27,370 nucleotides of DNA, taken from Leidyana gryllorum EB-2025a (taxonomy: Eukaryota > Protista > Apicomplexa). The notes beneath the pieces are model-generated. The model made no database searches. It had not been told where the DNA came from and worked only from the letters and a program-made list of their open reading frames with translations. The stretch spans positions 1 through 27,370 of the forward strand of contig JBLWGC010000011.1 of NCBI GenBank assembly GCA_048772705.1, written 5' to 3'. Position numbers and translations under genes: made by a program. Below, piece by piece: positions 1 through 8,780 of the stretch. The stretch's first letter is position 1. The number at the start of each line of letters is the position of its first letter.

Positions 1-73
1 CTGGATTTGAACCAGCCCGGGTCAGGCCCAGTAGATTTCTAGTCTACCCCCTTAAACACTCGGGCAAGTTGCC
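1..73 (-). tRNA. trnS(AGA): tRNA-Ser(AGA) variant, 3' end cut by window edge
   Basis: GTAGA-CT AGA AA-TCTAC anticodon arm; D-loop change. Confidence 0.7.
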
Positions 74-139
74 ACCTGTCGAACTCGGCATTTAGCGGCC
101 AGTGGCTTCACATACGGTTCAGCAAGCTTGACTCGGACT

Positions 140-213
140 GGTCTGGTCGCGCTGCCCCAACCCGCGGTCTCTCCATTGAAAGTCTTGCACTTTACCGACG
201 GAGCTGGCGCGGC
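140..213 (-). pseudogene. tRNA-Lys remnant
   Basis: Degenerate match to Lys body at 21112-21184. Confidence 0.55.
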
Positions 214-313
214 AAGGAAGTGCGGACTTGGTAACAAATTCCATTCGTATTGATCGTTGAATCTTGGGCCTTCCTCGGGTACAGGGCGAAGCTGTATCAG
301 AGATGCACTCACT

Positions 314-386
314 TGGTCACGCCGGGCTCCAACCGCGGACTCAGAACTTATTAGGCTCACGCTCTGGCCGCCTGAAATACGCAACC
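314..386 (-). pseudogene. tRNA-Ile(AAT) pseudogene
   Basis: Degenerate copy of 15631-15704. Confidence 0.75.
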
Positions 387-590
387 GCTTCAGAGTTGAG
401 GTGAACAGTCACTAGTCGAAGGAGCCGACTGATGTGTTCAGCAAAGCCTTATGATTGGTACTGAGCCGGCCACTCTCACCTTCGTCCACCCCGCCAAGCA
501 GTCATTCCAAAGGCAAATACTGACATCGAGAAGGGGCACTACCAATTTCGCACGGGATTCCCGATGGAATGTGTAGCCCGTTCCACTCTC

Positions 591-672
591 GGCAAGGTGG
601 CCGAGTGGTTAAGGCGGCGGCCTGCTAAGCCGTTGGGTTTCACCCGCGTGAGTTCGAATCTCACCCTTGTCG
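591..672 (+). tRNA. trnS(GCT): tRNA-Ser(GCT)
   Basis: 82-nt cloverleaf with long variable arm; GCGGC-CT GCT AA-GCCGT. Confidence 0.95.
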
Positions 673-807
673 GTTGCATTTGCGCAACTGCTTCAATCCA
701 ACGCCTACGCTGGGCGCTATATACAGGAGCCACTTAAAATATTTCAGAGGTCAGTAGGAAGCGCTAGTACGGATAATTCAACAGACTCTTCTGGGATGGG
801 CTGAGCC

Positions 808-879
808 GGTTGCGTCGTGTAGTGGTTAGCACTGGAGACTCTGAATCTCCCGACCTGGGTTCGATTCGCGGCGCGACCT
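808..879 (+). pseudogene. tRNA-Gln(CTG) variant
   Basis: GGAGA-CT CTG AA-TCTCC; A-box and T-stem substitutions versus 25196-25267. Confidence 0.75.
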
Positions 880-941
880 TGGAACTGGTCCTCACTACTC
901 CCTGGAACTTCGCCATGTCTTGGGCTGCGGGGACCATCCGT

Positions 942-1013
942 GCAGCAATGGTCCAGTGGTTACGACGTCTGCTTCGCACGCAGAAGTCCCGAGTTCGATC
1001 CTCGGTGGCTGTA
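942..1013 (+). pseudogene. tRNA-Val pseudogene, anticodon reads CGC
   Basis: Val body with 1-nt deletion and substitutions. Confidence 0.8.
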
Positions 1014-1068
1014 GCTCGCAACTTTCAGCGAGAACCGAAGCAGAGAATCTCAAGCGAAACCACCTGCA

Positions 1069-1140
1069 TTTCGAGACCGGGAATCGAACCCGGGTCTTCC
1101 GCGTGACAGGCGGAGACACTAACCACTATACTGACTCGGA
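1069..1140 (-). pseudogene. tRNA-Asp(GTC) variant
   Basis: TCCGC-CT GTC AC-GCGGA; acceptor and D-stem changes. Confidence 0.8.
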
Positions 1141-1231
1141 CGCTCCGAACACGCCGGCCTCCAATCCCAGAAGTCTTTCTATTTCGGCTCACGGACAAAA
1201 AACGCGTAGAGCGACGAACCAACAAGACTGC

Positions 1232-1311
1232 GGCAAGATGGCCGAGTGGTCTAAGGCGCTGTGTTCAGGCCGCTGTCCGAAAGGGCGTGGGTTCGAATCC
1301 AACTCTTGTCA
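1232..1311 (+). pseudogene. tRNA-Leu(CAG) variant
   Basis: Two stem mismatches versus 25622-25701. Confidence 0.75.
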
Positions 1312-1371
1312 GCCATGGTATCGGCACTCGGTCAGCCACTGGATGCAATAGGTCTTCCATGTTGTACGGAT

Positions 1372-1444
1372 GAGCGGCTACCTCAGATGGTGCAGCGCTC
1401 GCTTTGCATGCGAGAGGTACTGGGATCGATACCCAGGTCGTCCA
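1372..1444 (+). pseudogene. tRNA-Ala(TGC) pseudogene
   Basis: CTCGC-TT TGC AT-GCGAG, ATCG T-loop; D arm damaged. Confidence 0.8.
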
Positions 1445-1533
1445 AACTCCATGCAACTTCAGCTGCAGATAAACGGCTGGCGCGTGGTCCAAAAACGTGA
1501 ATGTTGTTATTTGAATCTAGTCGAAAAGCCGCC

Positions 1534-1606
1534 GCCTACGTGGCGCAATGGATAGCGCGTTGGACTTCTAATCCAAAGGTTGCGAGTTCGAGTCTCGCCG
1601 TAGGTA
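1534..1606 (+). tRNA. trnR(TCT): tRNA-Arg(TCT), intronless
   Basis: Fully paired 73-nt cloverleaf; TTGGA-CT TCT AA-TCCAA. Confidence 0.95.
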
Positions 1607-1670
1607 GCCAAATGCTCAGCACTTTACTTCGATGATTTGGCTGACTAGCTGCCTTCGCTGTGGAATGTTG

Positions 1671-1741
1671 TCCACTGTAGTCTGAGTGGCTAGGATATGC
1701 GGCCTCACCCGCAAGCTCCGCGCTCAAGTACGGCAGTGGAA
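1671..1741 (+). pseudogene. tRNA-Glu pseudogene
   Basis: Degenerate copy of 5718-5790. Confidence 0.8.
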
Positions 1742-1826
1742 GTCATGGTTGAAGTCAGTGGAATACTTGAGCAAAGTGCCCAGCAATCTCCGTCAATAGT
1801 GTCTGATTCGTGATTCGGCTTGCATT

Positions 1827-1898
1827 GCCTTCTTAGCTTAGGGGCAGAGCATTCGCTTAGTAAGCGAAAGGTCGCCGGTTCGTTTCCGGCAGAAGACT
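1827..1898 (+). pseudogene. tRNA-Thr(AGT) variant
   Basis: A58>T and acceptor mismatch versus 5867-5938. Confidence 0.75.
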
Positions 1899-1959
1899 TG
1901 ACTGCATCGACTGGGCACCTGCAAAGCTTAAAGTCTCTCAAGCTCCAATCATCGTAGCT

Positions 1960-2032
1960 GAGCCTCGTAGCTCAGCCAGCAGAGGGTAAGTCTCGTAGCC
2001 ACAAAGTCGCAGACTGGAACCTGCCAGTACCT
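1960..2032 (+). pseudogene. tRNA-Asn remnant
   Basis: Degenerate match to 13313-13385. Confidence 0.6.
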
Positions 2033-2097
2033 GAGGCACCCACTAGCTCAACGCAAACTGCGGCCGGGTCTCGGGGTGCTGAAGCTCTTTCTCAAGT

Positions 2098-2168
2098 GCA
2101 CTTGTGGTCCAAGGGTAGGATGCGAGCTTCCCATGCTCGCAGCCCGGGTTCGAGTCCCGGCAGGTGCA
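2098..2168 (+). tRNA. trnG(CCC): tRNA-Gly(CCC)
   Basis: 71 nt; CGAGC-TT CCC AT-GCTCG; intact B box. Confidence 0.92.
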
Positions 2169-2247
2169 GCCGATCGTACAGACTTGACCATGGCTGCAAC
2201 GATATTTTCAACATTCCGGGGCGAAGAGCAATGCACTTCAGACTGCT

Positions 2248-2319
2248 TGTCCGAGCCAGGAATCGAGCCTGGGTTTGCACGGCCACAACGTGCTGTCCTA
2301 ACCACTAGACGACTCGGAC
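2248..2319 (-). tRNA. trnH(GTG): tRNA-His(GTG)
   Basis: GCACG-TT GTG GC-CGTGC; T-loop CTCGATT; three matching copies. Confidence 0.9.
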
Positions 2320-2469
2320 AATCTTTGAGCGAGGCTGTAGAGGTGGCGAAGCATCGATCAGGATGGAATGGAACAGGAGTGTCAGACGAACTACGTTGTA
2401 AGAAGTCCACTCCTCAACTCCCGGCGGGACGGAATTTCTGGAAAGGTGGAAAAACAACCATGTGTCCTC

Positions 2470-2540
2470 TGCATCTGCCGGGAATCGAACCCGGGTCGTC
2501 TCGATAGCAACGAGACATTCTACCACTAGACCACAGATGC
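2470..2540 (-). tRNA. Gly(GCC)-body tRNA with GCT (Ser) anticodon
   Basis: Intact Gly cloverleaf, loop TT GCT AT; compare 7697-7767. Confidence 0.85.
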
Positions 2541-2663
2541 GTGACACCTCAATTCCTGACCACAAAGTAATGGGTCTGGAGCGGGGGATGGTTTTGGGCC
2601 TTTGATACAACATCCCCGTGCACCCTTTTGACAGGAGGAGATGCATCGAGAGAAGTTACACTA

Positions 2664-2736
2664 GGGAGTGTAGCGCAGTCGGTAGCGCGTAGGTCTCATA
2701 ATCCTGAAGTCGAGAGTTCGATCCTCTCCACGCCCA
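2664..2736 (+). tRNA. trnM(CAT): elongator tRNA-Met(CAT), one acceptor mismatch
   Basis: CT CAT AA loop, TTCG T-loop. Confidence 0.85.
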
Positions 2737-2780
2737 CGGTCGGAATCGGAACCGCCGACAAACTCATCATGCTATCATTT

Positions 2781-2850
2781 TGCATCCGTCGGGAATCCCA
2801 CACGGGTTATCTCGATGGCAGGAGCGACTCTTCCACTAGACCACAGATGC
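2781..2850 (-). pseudogene. tRNA-Gly(GCC) pseudogene
   Basis: Degenerate Gly body, B box lost. Confidence 0.75.
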
Positions 2851-2916
2851 AGAACACAATCTTGCGAATCTTGTACGTGGTGACAGCCATTCCTTATAAG
2901 CCTATCGATGCATCAA

Positions 2917-2988
2917 AGCCTTCTGCCGGCATCGAACTGGCGACTTCTCGCTTACGAAGCGAACGCTCTGCCCCTAAGCTAAGAAGGC
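2917..2988 (-). tRNA. trnT(CGT): tRNA-Thr(CGT) variant
   Basis: TT CGT AA loop; two T-arm changes versus 8633-8704. Confidence 0.75.
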
Positions 2989-3098
2989 AACTTAACTGGA
3001 GAATCATGTGTCAGTTGTATCGACGAAAGTTAGCCGGGTGCTACGTGCACGGCGGGCACTGCTCGGATCCAGTCGCAGGTTGTCCTGACTACAACGGC

Positions 3099-3178
3099 TG
3101 ACAAGAGTGGGATTCGAACCCACGCCCTTTCGGACTGCGGCCTGAACACAGCGTTTGAGACCACTAGGCCACCTTTCC
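3099..3178 (-). pseudogene. tRNA-Leu(CAG) pseudogene
   Basis: 5' half damaged; lesions shared with 16956-17035. Confidence 0.8.
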
Positions 3179-3266
3179 GGAATGTTGTTGGCTCGCCCTT
3201 CCACGCGTTTCCTGTACTTGGAATCTCGAAATGGAAGGTCTTCCGCAGTTGGAGGCCGGGGTATTC

Positions 3267-3318
3267 ACGACCTGGGCATTGATCCCAGTACCTCTTGCAC
3301 GCTAAGCGAGCGCTTCAC
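3267..3318 (-). pseudogene. tRNA-Ala(AGC) fragment
   Basis: Partial Ala anticodon and T arm. Confidence 0.65.
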
Positions 3319-3371
3319 GATCGAGACTTCACGGACAGAAAGCGTGTAAAGTGGCGAGCCAAGGGCACTCC

Positions 3372-3451
3372 GGCAAGATGGCCGAGTGGTCCAAGGCGCT
3401 GTGTTAAGGCCGCAGTCCGAAAGGGCGTGGGTTCGAATCCCACTGTTGTCA
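3372..3451 (+). tRNA. trnL(AAG): tRNA-Leu(AAG), one acceptor mismatch
   Basis: CTGTG-TT AAG GC-CGCAG. Confidence 0.85.
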
Positions 3452-3518
3452 ACCGTTGTATTGTATTGAGTCGTCCCCTCTCTTCACCGATAGACAGGTC
3501 GTTCGAGCTACATACGGC

Positions 3519-3589
3519 TGCACCTGCCGGGACTCAAACCCGGGTTACGACCTTGGAAGGGTCGCATCTTACCCTTAGACCGCAAGTGC
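3519..3589 (-). pseudogene. tRNA-Gly(TCC) variant
   Basis: T8>C and C56>T in promoter boxes. Confidence 0.75.
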
Positions 3590-3812
3590 AATTGCGAAAG
3601 ATCTGCAGCACCCCGAGAGACTCGGGCAATTTCTGCTTCCAGCTGTCTGCAACCTACTCAATAACGGACTGTTCGGGGATCGAATCGAGCACTTCCACAG
3701 ACGAAGGAAACTGATACCACTAGCACTTCAACTCGACATGCGGGGCAGCGGCTCTCATACAGCTAGCAAGCTTGCCTCGGTCGAAACGGAACGTCTTCCG
3801 AGTGAGAGGCTA

Positions 3813-3884
3813 TGATGCCGATGGGCCTCGGACCCACAACTCCCGGTTCCGAAGACCGATGCCTATCCAGTAGGCAACCGCACC
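3813..3884 (-). pseudogene. tRNA-Arg(TCG) pseudogene
   Basis: Degenerate copy of 13909-13981. Confidence 0.8.
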
Positions 3885-3992
3885 ATGGAGAGGCTTCGGT
3901 CATCTCGATACTCGTGGAGTGAAAGAACGCTTCGATCTCAGAACCTCCCCCAAACCGTTGTGAAAAAGTGCCAGCGAGTAAGAGATGTCGTC

Positions 3993-4074
3993 GGCAAGGT
4001 GGCCGAGTGGTTAAGGCGGCGGCCTGCTAAGCCGTTGGGTTCCACCCGCGTGAGTTCGAATCTCACCCTTGTCG
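3993..4074 (+). tRNA. trnS(GCT): tRNA-Ser(GCT)
   Basis: Intact cloverleaf. Confidence 0.95.
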
Positions 4075-4230
4075 GTAGCATTCGGGGAGAGCGCAACTGG
4101 TTGAATGATGAACTGAGGTTTTTGCCCGACTCGAATCCAACTTTTTACGCTGGGGTCTGTATACAAGACCCGTGTTGCATGTGTCCAGTTGAGGAAGCGC
4201 TAGTCCGACTCTTCTGGGATGGGCTGAACC

Positions 4231-4300
4231 GGTTGCGTCCTTGGTGGTTAGCACTCGACACTTTGGATTTTCCGACCTGCGTTCGATCCCGGCGCGACCC
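4231..4300 (+). pseudogene. tRNA-Gln(TTG) pseudogene
   Basis: Degenerate Gln body; lesions shared with 26466-26536. Confidence 0.75.
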
Positions 4301-4364
4301 TTGAACTGGTCCTCACTACTCCCTGAAGCTTCGCCACTTCTCTTGGGCTGCGGGGATCATCCAT

Positions 4365-4437
4365 GCAGCCATGGTCTAGTGGTTACGACGTCGGCTTAAC
4401 ACGCAGAAGGTCCCGAGTTCGATCCTCGGTGGCTGTA
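4365..4437 (+). tRNA. trnV(AAC): tRNA-Val(AAC), one anticodon-stem mismatch
   Basis: TT AAC AC loop. Confidence 0.85.
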
Positions 4438-4492
4438 GCTCGCAACTTTCAGCCGGCACCAAAAAAGACAATCTTAAGCGAGATCAACTGTG

Positions 4493-4564
4493 CTCCGAGA
4501 CCGGGAATCGAACCCGGGTCTTCCGCGTGACAGGCGGAAATACTAACCACTATACTATCTCGGA
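4493..4564 (-). tRNA. trnD(GTC): tRNA-Asp(GTC)
   Basis: Intact 72-nt cloverleaf. Confidence 0.95.
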
Positions 4565-4658
4565 CGCTCCGAACACACCGGCCTGAAACCCCAAAAGTCC
4601 TTCCATCTTGAGATTCAAGGGATAGAAAACGCGTGGAGCGGCGAGCCAACAACATCCC

Positions 4659-4738
4659 CGCAAGATGACCGAGTGGTCTGATGCGCTGTGCTCAGACCGG
4701 AGTCCGAAAGGTCGTGGGTTCGAATCCCACTTTTGTCA
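4659..4738 (+). pseudogene. tRNA-Leu(CAG) pseudogene
   Basis: Multiple substitutions in Leu body. Confidence 0.8.
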
Positions 4739-4774
4739 GGTTGCGCCCCAAACGGGAAAAACATAGAGTCCGGT

Positions 4775-4846
4775 TGAGCCCAGAGTGATTCGAACACCCA
4801 ACCTTCTGATCTGGAGTCAGACGCGCTACCGTTGCGCCATAGGCTC
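4775..4846 (-). tRNA. trnW(CCA): tRNA-Trp(CCA)
   Basis: TCTGA-CT CCA GA-TCAGA; T5 run about 13 nt downstream. Confidence 0.93.
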
Positions 4847-4869
4847 AAAACCATCCCCCGTTCCAGACT

Positions 4870-4939
4870 CATTTACCGGCAATCGGGCCCGCTTCTTAGG
4901 CGTGACATGCGAAAATAGTAACCACTATGCTATCTCGGA
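4870..4939 (-). pseudogene. tRNA-Asp remnant
   Basis: Degenerate; duplicated at 24277-24346. Confidence 0.65.
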
Positions 4940-5019
4940 CGCTCTGAACACGCCACGGACATTCCATTCGTTCAGAAAACGGCCGTTACCGTGTACGAGC
5001 TTCAACAACAAGGTGTCAG

Positions 5020-5089
5020 GCATCTGTGGTCTAGTGGTAGAATGTCTCGTTGCCATCGAGACGACCCGGATCAATTCCCGGCAGATGCA
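5020..5089 (+). pseudogene. tRNA-Gly(GCC) pseudogene
   Basis: T-arm deletion and substitution. Confidence 0.8.
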
Positions 5090-5195
5090 GAGGACACGTG
5101 CTTGTTTTTCACCATTCCAACAATTCATGCGTAAGTTGGCCCCACATACGGTCGCGCTAAGTGCTTATTTTCACCGCCTTCCATGAGTTTTTAGC

Positions 5196-5268
5196 GCTTC
5201 GGTAGCTCAGTTGGGAGAGCGCCAGACTGAAGATCTGGAAGTCCCGTGTTCGATCCACAGCCGAGGCA
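5196..5268 (+). tRNA. trnF(GAA): tRNA-Phe(GAA)
   Basis: CCAGA-CT GAA GA-TCTGG; one T-stem mismatch. Confidence 0.88.
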
Positions 5269-5403
5269 GAGAGGTTGTGACATCTAGTGTCAAAATCCCT
5301 CGCGCCCGTGCGAGCTTTCTGCCCCTAAGCTAAGGAGGCATTCCCTGTCTCGACCCATATGAGTTTTTGATGCTGGCAATTGCATCATTTCCACCACATC
5401 GCA

Positions 5404-5485
5404 CGACAACTGCTGGATTTGAACCAGCGCGGGCCCGGCCCAGTAGATTTCTAGTCTACCCCGTTAACCACTCGGGCAAGTTGCC
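5404..5485 (-). tRNA. trnS(AGA): tRNA-Ser(AGA)
   Basis: 82 nt with long variable arm. Confidence 0.88.
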
Positions 5486-5547
5486 GCTGTCGAACTTGGC
5501 ATTTTGCGGCCAGTGGCTTCACATACGGTTCAGCAAGCTTTACTAGG

Positions 5548-5619
5548 ACTGCTCGCGCCGCCCGAACCCGCGGTTCTCCCTTCAAAAGTCTTGCGCTCTA
5601 CCGACGGAGTTGGGGCGGC
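5548..5619 (-). pseudogene. tRNA-Lys(TTT) remnant
   Basis: Lys 5' half retained, 3' half degenerate. Confidence 0.65.
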
Positions 5620-5717
5620 AAGAAAGCTCGGACTTGGTAACAAATTCCAGTCGTATTGATGGTGGAATCTTTCCGAGTCGGTTCGGCTCTCGGCCGAAGC
5701 CTAAACTCGACCACTTG

Positions 5718-5790
5718 TCCACTGTAGTCTAAGTGGCTAGGATATGCGGCTCTCACCCGCACGATCCGGGTTCAAGTCCCGGCAGTGGAA
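5718..5790 (+). tRNA. trnE(CTC): tRNA-Glu(CTC)
   Basis: TGCGG-CT CTC AC-CCGCA; intact. Confidence 0.95.
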
Positions 5791-5866
5791 GTCATTGAAG
5801 TACTCGAGCAAAGTGCTCCACTAATCTCCGTCAATAGTGACTGACTCGTGATCTTTGGCTTGCATT

Positions 5867-5938
5867 GCCTTCTTAGCTTAGGGGCAGAGCATTCGCTTAG
5901 TAAGCGAAAGGTCGCCGGTTCGATTCCGGCAGAAGGCT
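5867..5938 (+). tRNA. trnT(AGT): tRNA-Thr(AGT)
   Basis: TTCGC-TT AGT AA-GCGAA; intact. Confidence 0.95.
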
Positions 5939-5987
5939 TTGGTCACGACCCAATCAATTCTATAGCTGTTTCCCTTCTGCGTACAGT

Positions 5988-6059
5988 TAGCAGTGCGTCG
6001 TTTCGATCGACGGGCCTTTGCGTTATGAGACTAACACTCTTCCACTGAGCTACACTGCT
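5988..6059 (-). pseudogene. initiator tRNA-Met pseudogene
   Basis: A1:T72, T-loop GATCGAAA, CAT anticodon; anticodon stem unpaired. Confidence 0.8.
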
Positions 6060-6200
6060 CAGTCTGCAACATGGAAGAGGTAGCCGAAATGTGATCCTCG
6101 AGATGTTAGTTGCCCTGACTGCCCTACCGAAGCGGGCTAACGAGGTGGCTGTGTTGGCTCTGAGGGCAACATGTCCGGTCAAGTCAAACGACGACCAATA

Positions 6201-6257
6201 GGGCTGTTCAGGACTCCTTCCACTCTGAGGAAGGATTATACCAGCAGAGCAACAGCC
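6201..6257 (-). pseudogene. tRNA-Pro remnant with internal deletion
   Basis: GGCTGTT/AACAGCC acceptor ends retained. Confidence 0.55.
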
Positions 6258-6345
6258 GAATACTCGGGTGCATGCAACCGGATATACAAATGGAGATTTG
6301 AATCTACTGTGACCTTTTCCAGCTTTTTTTCGGGATGATCGCCGT

Positions 6346-6429
6346 TGCACAGAATGGGATTCGAACCCATGCAGACTTGCGCCTACCAGAACTTGAGTCT
6401 GGCCCCTTAGACCACTCGGGCATCTGTGC
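6346..6429 (-). tRNA. trnL(CAA): tRNA-Leu(CAA), intronless
   Basis: 84 nt; CCAGA-CT CAA GT-TCTGG. Confidence 0.95.
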
Positions 6430-6525
6430 ATTACTTTCCTTCTGAGTTCCAAAGTGTTAATGGCTTCCGTTGCGACCGCCGATGTCGTTCTGGCTGCGGT
6501 GTGCGGCCCCGAAGTACTCTCACGG

Positions 6526-6604
6526 CCCGGGGTGCTTAGATGGTAACGTATCTGACTGTAGTGGTGGCATCAGATATTCCACGAGTAAATTCCGTCCCAC
6601 CCGA
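6526..6604 (+). pseudogene. tRNA-Tyr(GTA) pseudogene with 7-nt intron
   Basis: TCTGA CTGTAG tggtggc A TCAGA. Confidence 0.75.
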
Positions 6605-6705
6605 AGTTGAGCAGTGGACTTCTTGCAACGCAGTTCGTGTGACGCTCCTGTTCCATCCCATCCTGATAGATGCTTCGCTACCTCTACAGCCTCGCTCAAA
6701 GATTT

Positions 6706-6777
6706 GTCCGAGTCGTCTAGTGGTTAGGACAGCACGTTGTGGCCGTGCAAACCCAGGCTCGATTCCTGGCTCGGACA
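6706..6777 (+). tRNA. trnH(GTG): tRNA-His(GTG)
   Basis: Matches 2248-2319. Confidence 0.9.
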
Positions 6778-6869
6778 ACAATCTAAAGTGCATTGCAATT
6801 CCCCTCCAAACCTCTCAGATCCTTATCGAGACTGAGAGACCACTCAGAAAAGCTTAAGTGCGTGAGCAA

Positions 6870-6940
6870 AGCCTTCTGCCGGAATCGAACCGGCGACCTT
6901 TCGCTTAGAAAGCGAATGCTCTGCCACCAGCTAAGAAGGC
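6870..6940 (-). pseudogene. Thr-body tRNA variant with TCT anticodon
   Basis: TTCGC-TT TCT AA-GCGAA; D arm 1 nt short. Confidence 0.75.
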
Positions 6941-7041
6941 AATGTTAACGGAAGTTACTGAAGCTCATTGTTCCACCGGTCGAACGGATCCAGGGCTCCA
7001 CCCAACGGCAAATAGGGTGTAACTCAGTGTAGAGCTTCGTT

Positions 7042-7114
7042 GCCGCCCTAGCTCAGTCCGTAGAGCGCAAGACTTTCAATCTTGCAGTCGCGGGTTCGAG
7101 CCCTGCGGGCGGTG
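7042..7114 (+). pseudogene. Lys-body tRNA variant with TTC anticodon
   Basis: CAAGA-CT TTC AA-TCTTG; G18>C. Confidence 0.75.
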
Positions 7115-7163
7115 CAAATCAATGTCTCTGGAAGCCGTTACCTACAACCACACTCTGCTGGAT

Positions 7164-7236
7164 TTCCACTCCCGGGACTTGAACCCGGATCGTGCGGGTG
7201 GAAGCCGCATATCCTAGCCAGTTGGACTACAGTGGA
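7164..7236 (-). pseudogene. Glu-body tRNA variant with TCC anticodon
   Basis: TGCGG-CT TCC AC-CCGCA; G7:G66 mismatch. Confidence 0.75.
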
Positions 7237-7417
7237 CGAGTGGTTGAGTTGGGGCTTCGGCCGAGAGCCGTACCGTCTTGGAAGAAATGGTATGTCGGCC
7301 TGATCAAGTGAGTGGATCTCTGATACAGATTCGGACTTAGTAACCAATTCCATTTGTATTAATCGTGGAATCTTGGGCCTTCGCCGGGCCTTCGCCGGGT
7401 ACAGGGCGAGCTTCCTT

Positions 7418-7484
7418 GCCGCCCCAACTCCGTCGGTGGAGCGCAAGACTTTTGATGGGAGAACCGCGGGTTCGGGGGGGCGCG
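7418..7484 (+). pseudogene. tRNA-Lys remnant
   Basis: Same lineage as 5548-5619. Confidence 0.6.
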
Positions 7485-7539
7485 AGCAGTGCTGAACCGT
7501 ATGCGAAGCCACTGGCTGCAAAATGCCAAGTTCGACAGC

Positions 7540-7621
7540 GGCAACTTGCCCGAGTGGTTAAGGGGGTAGACTAGAAATCTACTGGGGCGGGCCGGCGCTG
7601 GTTCAAATCCAGCAGTTGTCG
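7540..7621 (+). tRNA. trnS(AGA): tRNA-Ser(AGA)
   Basis: 82 nt; variable-arm variant. Confidence 0.88.
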
Positions 7622-7696
7622 TGCGATGTGGTTGGAGGGTTAAACACCAACTCCCGCATGAATTTCTGGATGGTGGAAAAACAACCATGTGTCCTC

Positions 7697-7767
7697 TGCA
7701 CCTGCCGGGACTCGAACCCGGGTCGTCTCGATGGCAACGAGACATTCTACCACTAGACCACAGATGC
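7697..7767 (-). tRNA. trnG(GCC): tRNA-Gly(GCC)
   Basis: TCTCG-TT GCC AT-CGAGA; intact. Confidence 0.94.
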
Positions 7768-7847
7768 GTGACACCTTGTTGTTGAAGCTCGTACACGGTA
7801 ACGGCCGTTTTCTGAACGAATGGAATGTCCGTGGCGTGTTCAGAGCG

Positions 7848-7954
7848 TCCGAGATAACATAGTGGTTACTATTTTCGCATGGGTCTTGTAGCTCAGTCGG
7901 CAGAGCGTGTGGCTTTTGATGACAAACTCGGAGGTCCGGAACCTAACAGAACCG
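7848..7954 (+). pseudogene. Asp 5' fragment fused directly to Asn pseudogene
   Basis: Asp remnant 7848-7881 abuts GGTCTTGTAGCTCAGTCGG at 7882. Confidence 0.7.
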
Positions 7955-8072
7955 GCTTCCGATGCACCCTAGACATTGAGTGCGGTGCTCTCCCAATGGC
8001 ACTTGTGGTTCGCGACTCTTCAAAGATGGTAACGATGGGTCTGAATGCGGCCACGTGCAGCCGTACGTACTT

Positions 8073-8145
8073 TGGACGACCTGGGCATCGATCCCAGTAC
8101 CTCTCGCATGCTAAGCGAGCGCTCTACCATTTGAGCTAGTCGCCC
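8073..8145 (-). tRNA. trnA(AGC): tRNA-Ala(AGC)
   Basis: G3:T70, ATCG T-loop, TT AGC AT loop. Confidence 0.95.
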
Positions 8146-8233
8146 GTGGTGCAGACCCCATCGCATTTGTTGGTTCTCAACATAGGATGACCACTTTTTA
8201 AACTGTCTTCAGCGGGTTGCACGAACGACAGGC

Positions 8234-8305
8234 GGCTGTTTGGTGTAGTGGTATGATACTTCCGTCGGGTGGAAGAAGTCCTAGGTTCCATTCCCAGAAC
8301 AGCCA
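8234..8305 (+). pseudogene. tRNA-Pro(CGG) pseudogene
   Basis: Several substitutions versus 20826-20897. Confidence 0.8.
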
Positions 8306-8381
8306 GCTTTGTTGTATCTTGACCCAACCTGCCTGGCAGCATGGTTCTGGGTTCAGGTGATTCCTCGGAGAAAGTCGGAGG

Positions 8382-8454
8382 GGGAGTGTAGCGCAGTCGG
8401 TAGCGCGTAGGTCTCATAATCCTGAAGTCGAGAGTTCGATCCTCTCCACTCCCA
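8382..8454 (+). tRNA. trnM(CAT): elongator tRNA-Met(CAT)
   Basis: Intact, intronless. Confidence 0.94.
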
Positions 8455-8498
8455 CGGTCGGAATCGAAACCGCCGACAAACTCATCATGCTACCATTT

Positions 8499-8566
8499 TG
8501 CAGTCGGGAATCGCACACAGGTTATCTCGATGGCAGCGAGCGACTCTTCCACTAGACCACAGATGC
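8499..8566 (-). pseudogene. tRNA-Gly(GCC) pseudogene
   Basis: Same lineage as 2781-2850. Confidence 0.7.
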
Positions 8567-8632
8567 AGAACACGATCTTGTGAATCTTGTACGTGGTGAC
8601 AGCCATTCCTCTTAAGCCTATCGATGCAACAA

Positions 8633-8704
8633 AGCCTTCTGCCGGAATCGAACCGGCGACTTCTCGCTTACGAAGCGAACGCTCTGCCCCTAAGCTAAGA
8701 AGGC
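8633..8704 (-). tRNA. trnT(CGT): tRNA-Thr(CGT)
   Basis: Intact. Confidence 0.93.
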
Positions 8705-8780
8705 AATGTAAGTTGGAGATAACGAAACGATGGCTACTGACGGAGATTAGTGGAGCACTTTGCTCGAGTACTTCAATGAC

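Larger units (their letters stand above)
1955..2435. repeat. Inverted duplication arm, partner about 9995-10450
   Basis: Asn remnant-Gly(CCC)-His block. Confidence 0.85.
2600..3270. repeat. Inverted duplication arm, partner about 16865-17520
   Basis: Met-Gly pseudogene-Thr-Leu pseudogene block with shared lesions. Confidence 0.85.
3724..4650. repeat. Direct duplication, partner about 25922-26890
   Basis: Arg-Ser-Gln-Val-Asp block. Confidence 0.85.
4715..5050. repeat. Direct duplication, partner about 24122-24457
   Basis: Trp-Asp remnant-Gly block, near-identical. Confidence 0.88.
5161..5833. repeat. Inverted duplication arm, partner about 8738-9410
   Basis: Near-identical reverse complement over Phe-Ser-Lys remnant-Glu. 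Confidence 0.9.

Noticed and set aside
3667-3725. Very degenerate remnants (Pro near 3667, 9590, 14070; Ala near 11255, 19333, 19645; Asn near 14872, 20190, 23360, 25030; Ile near 16000, 17545; His near 12520; Leu near 19180, 22785)
   Set aside because: Probably real tRNA relics, but their boundaries cannot be set reliably by eye, so they are not listed as features.
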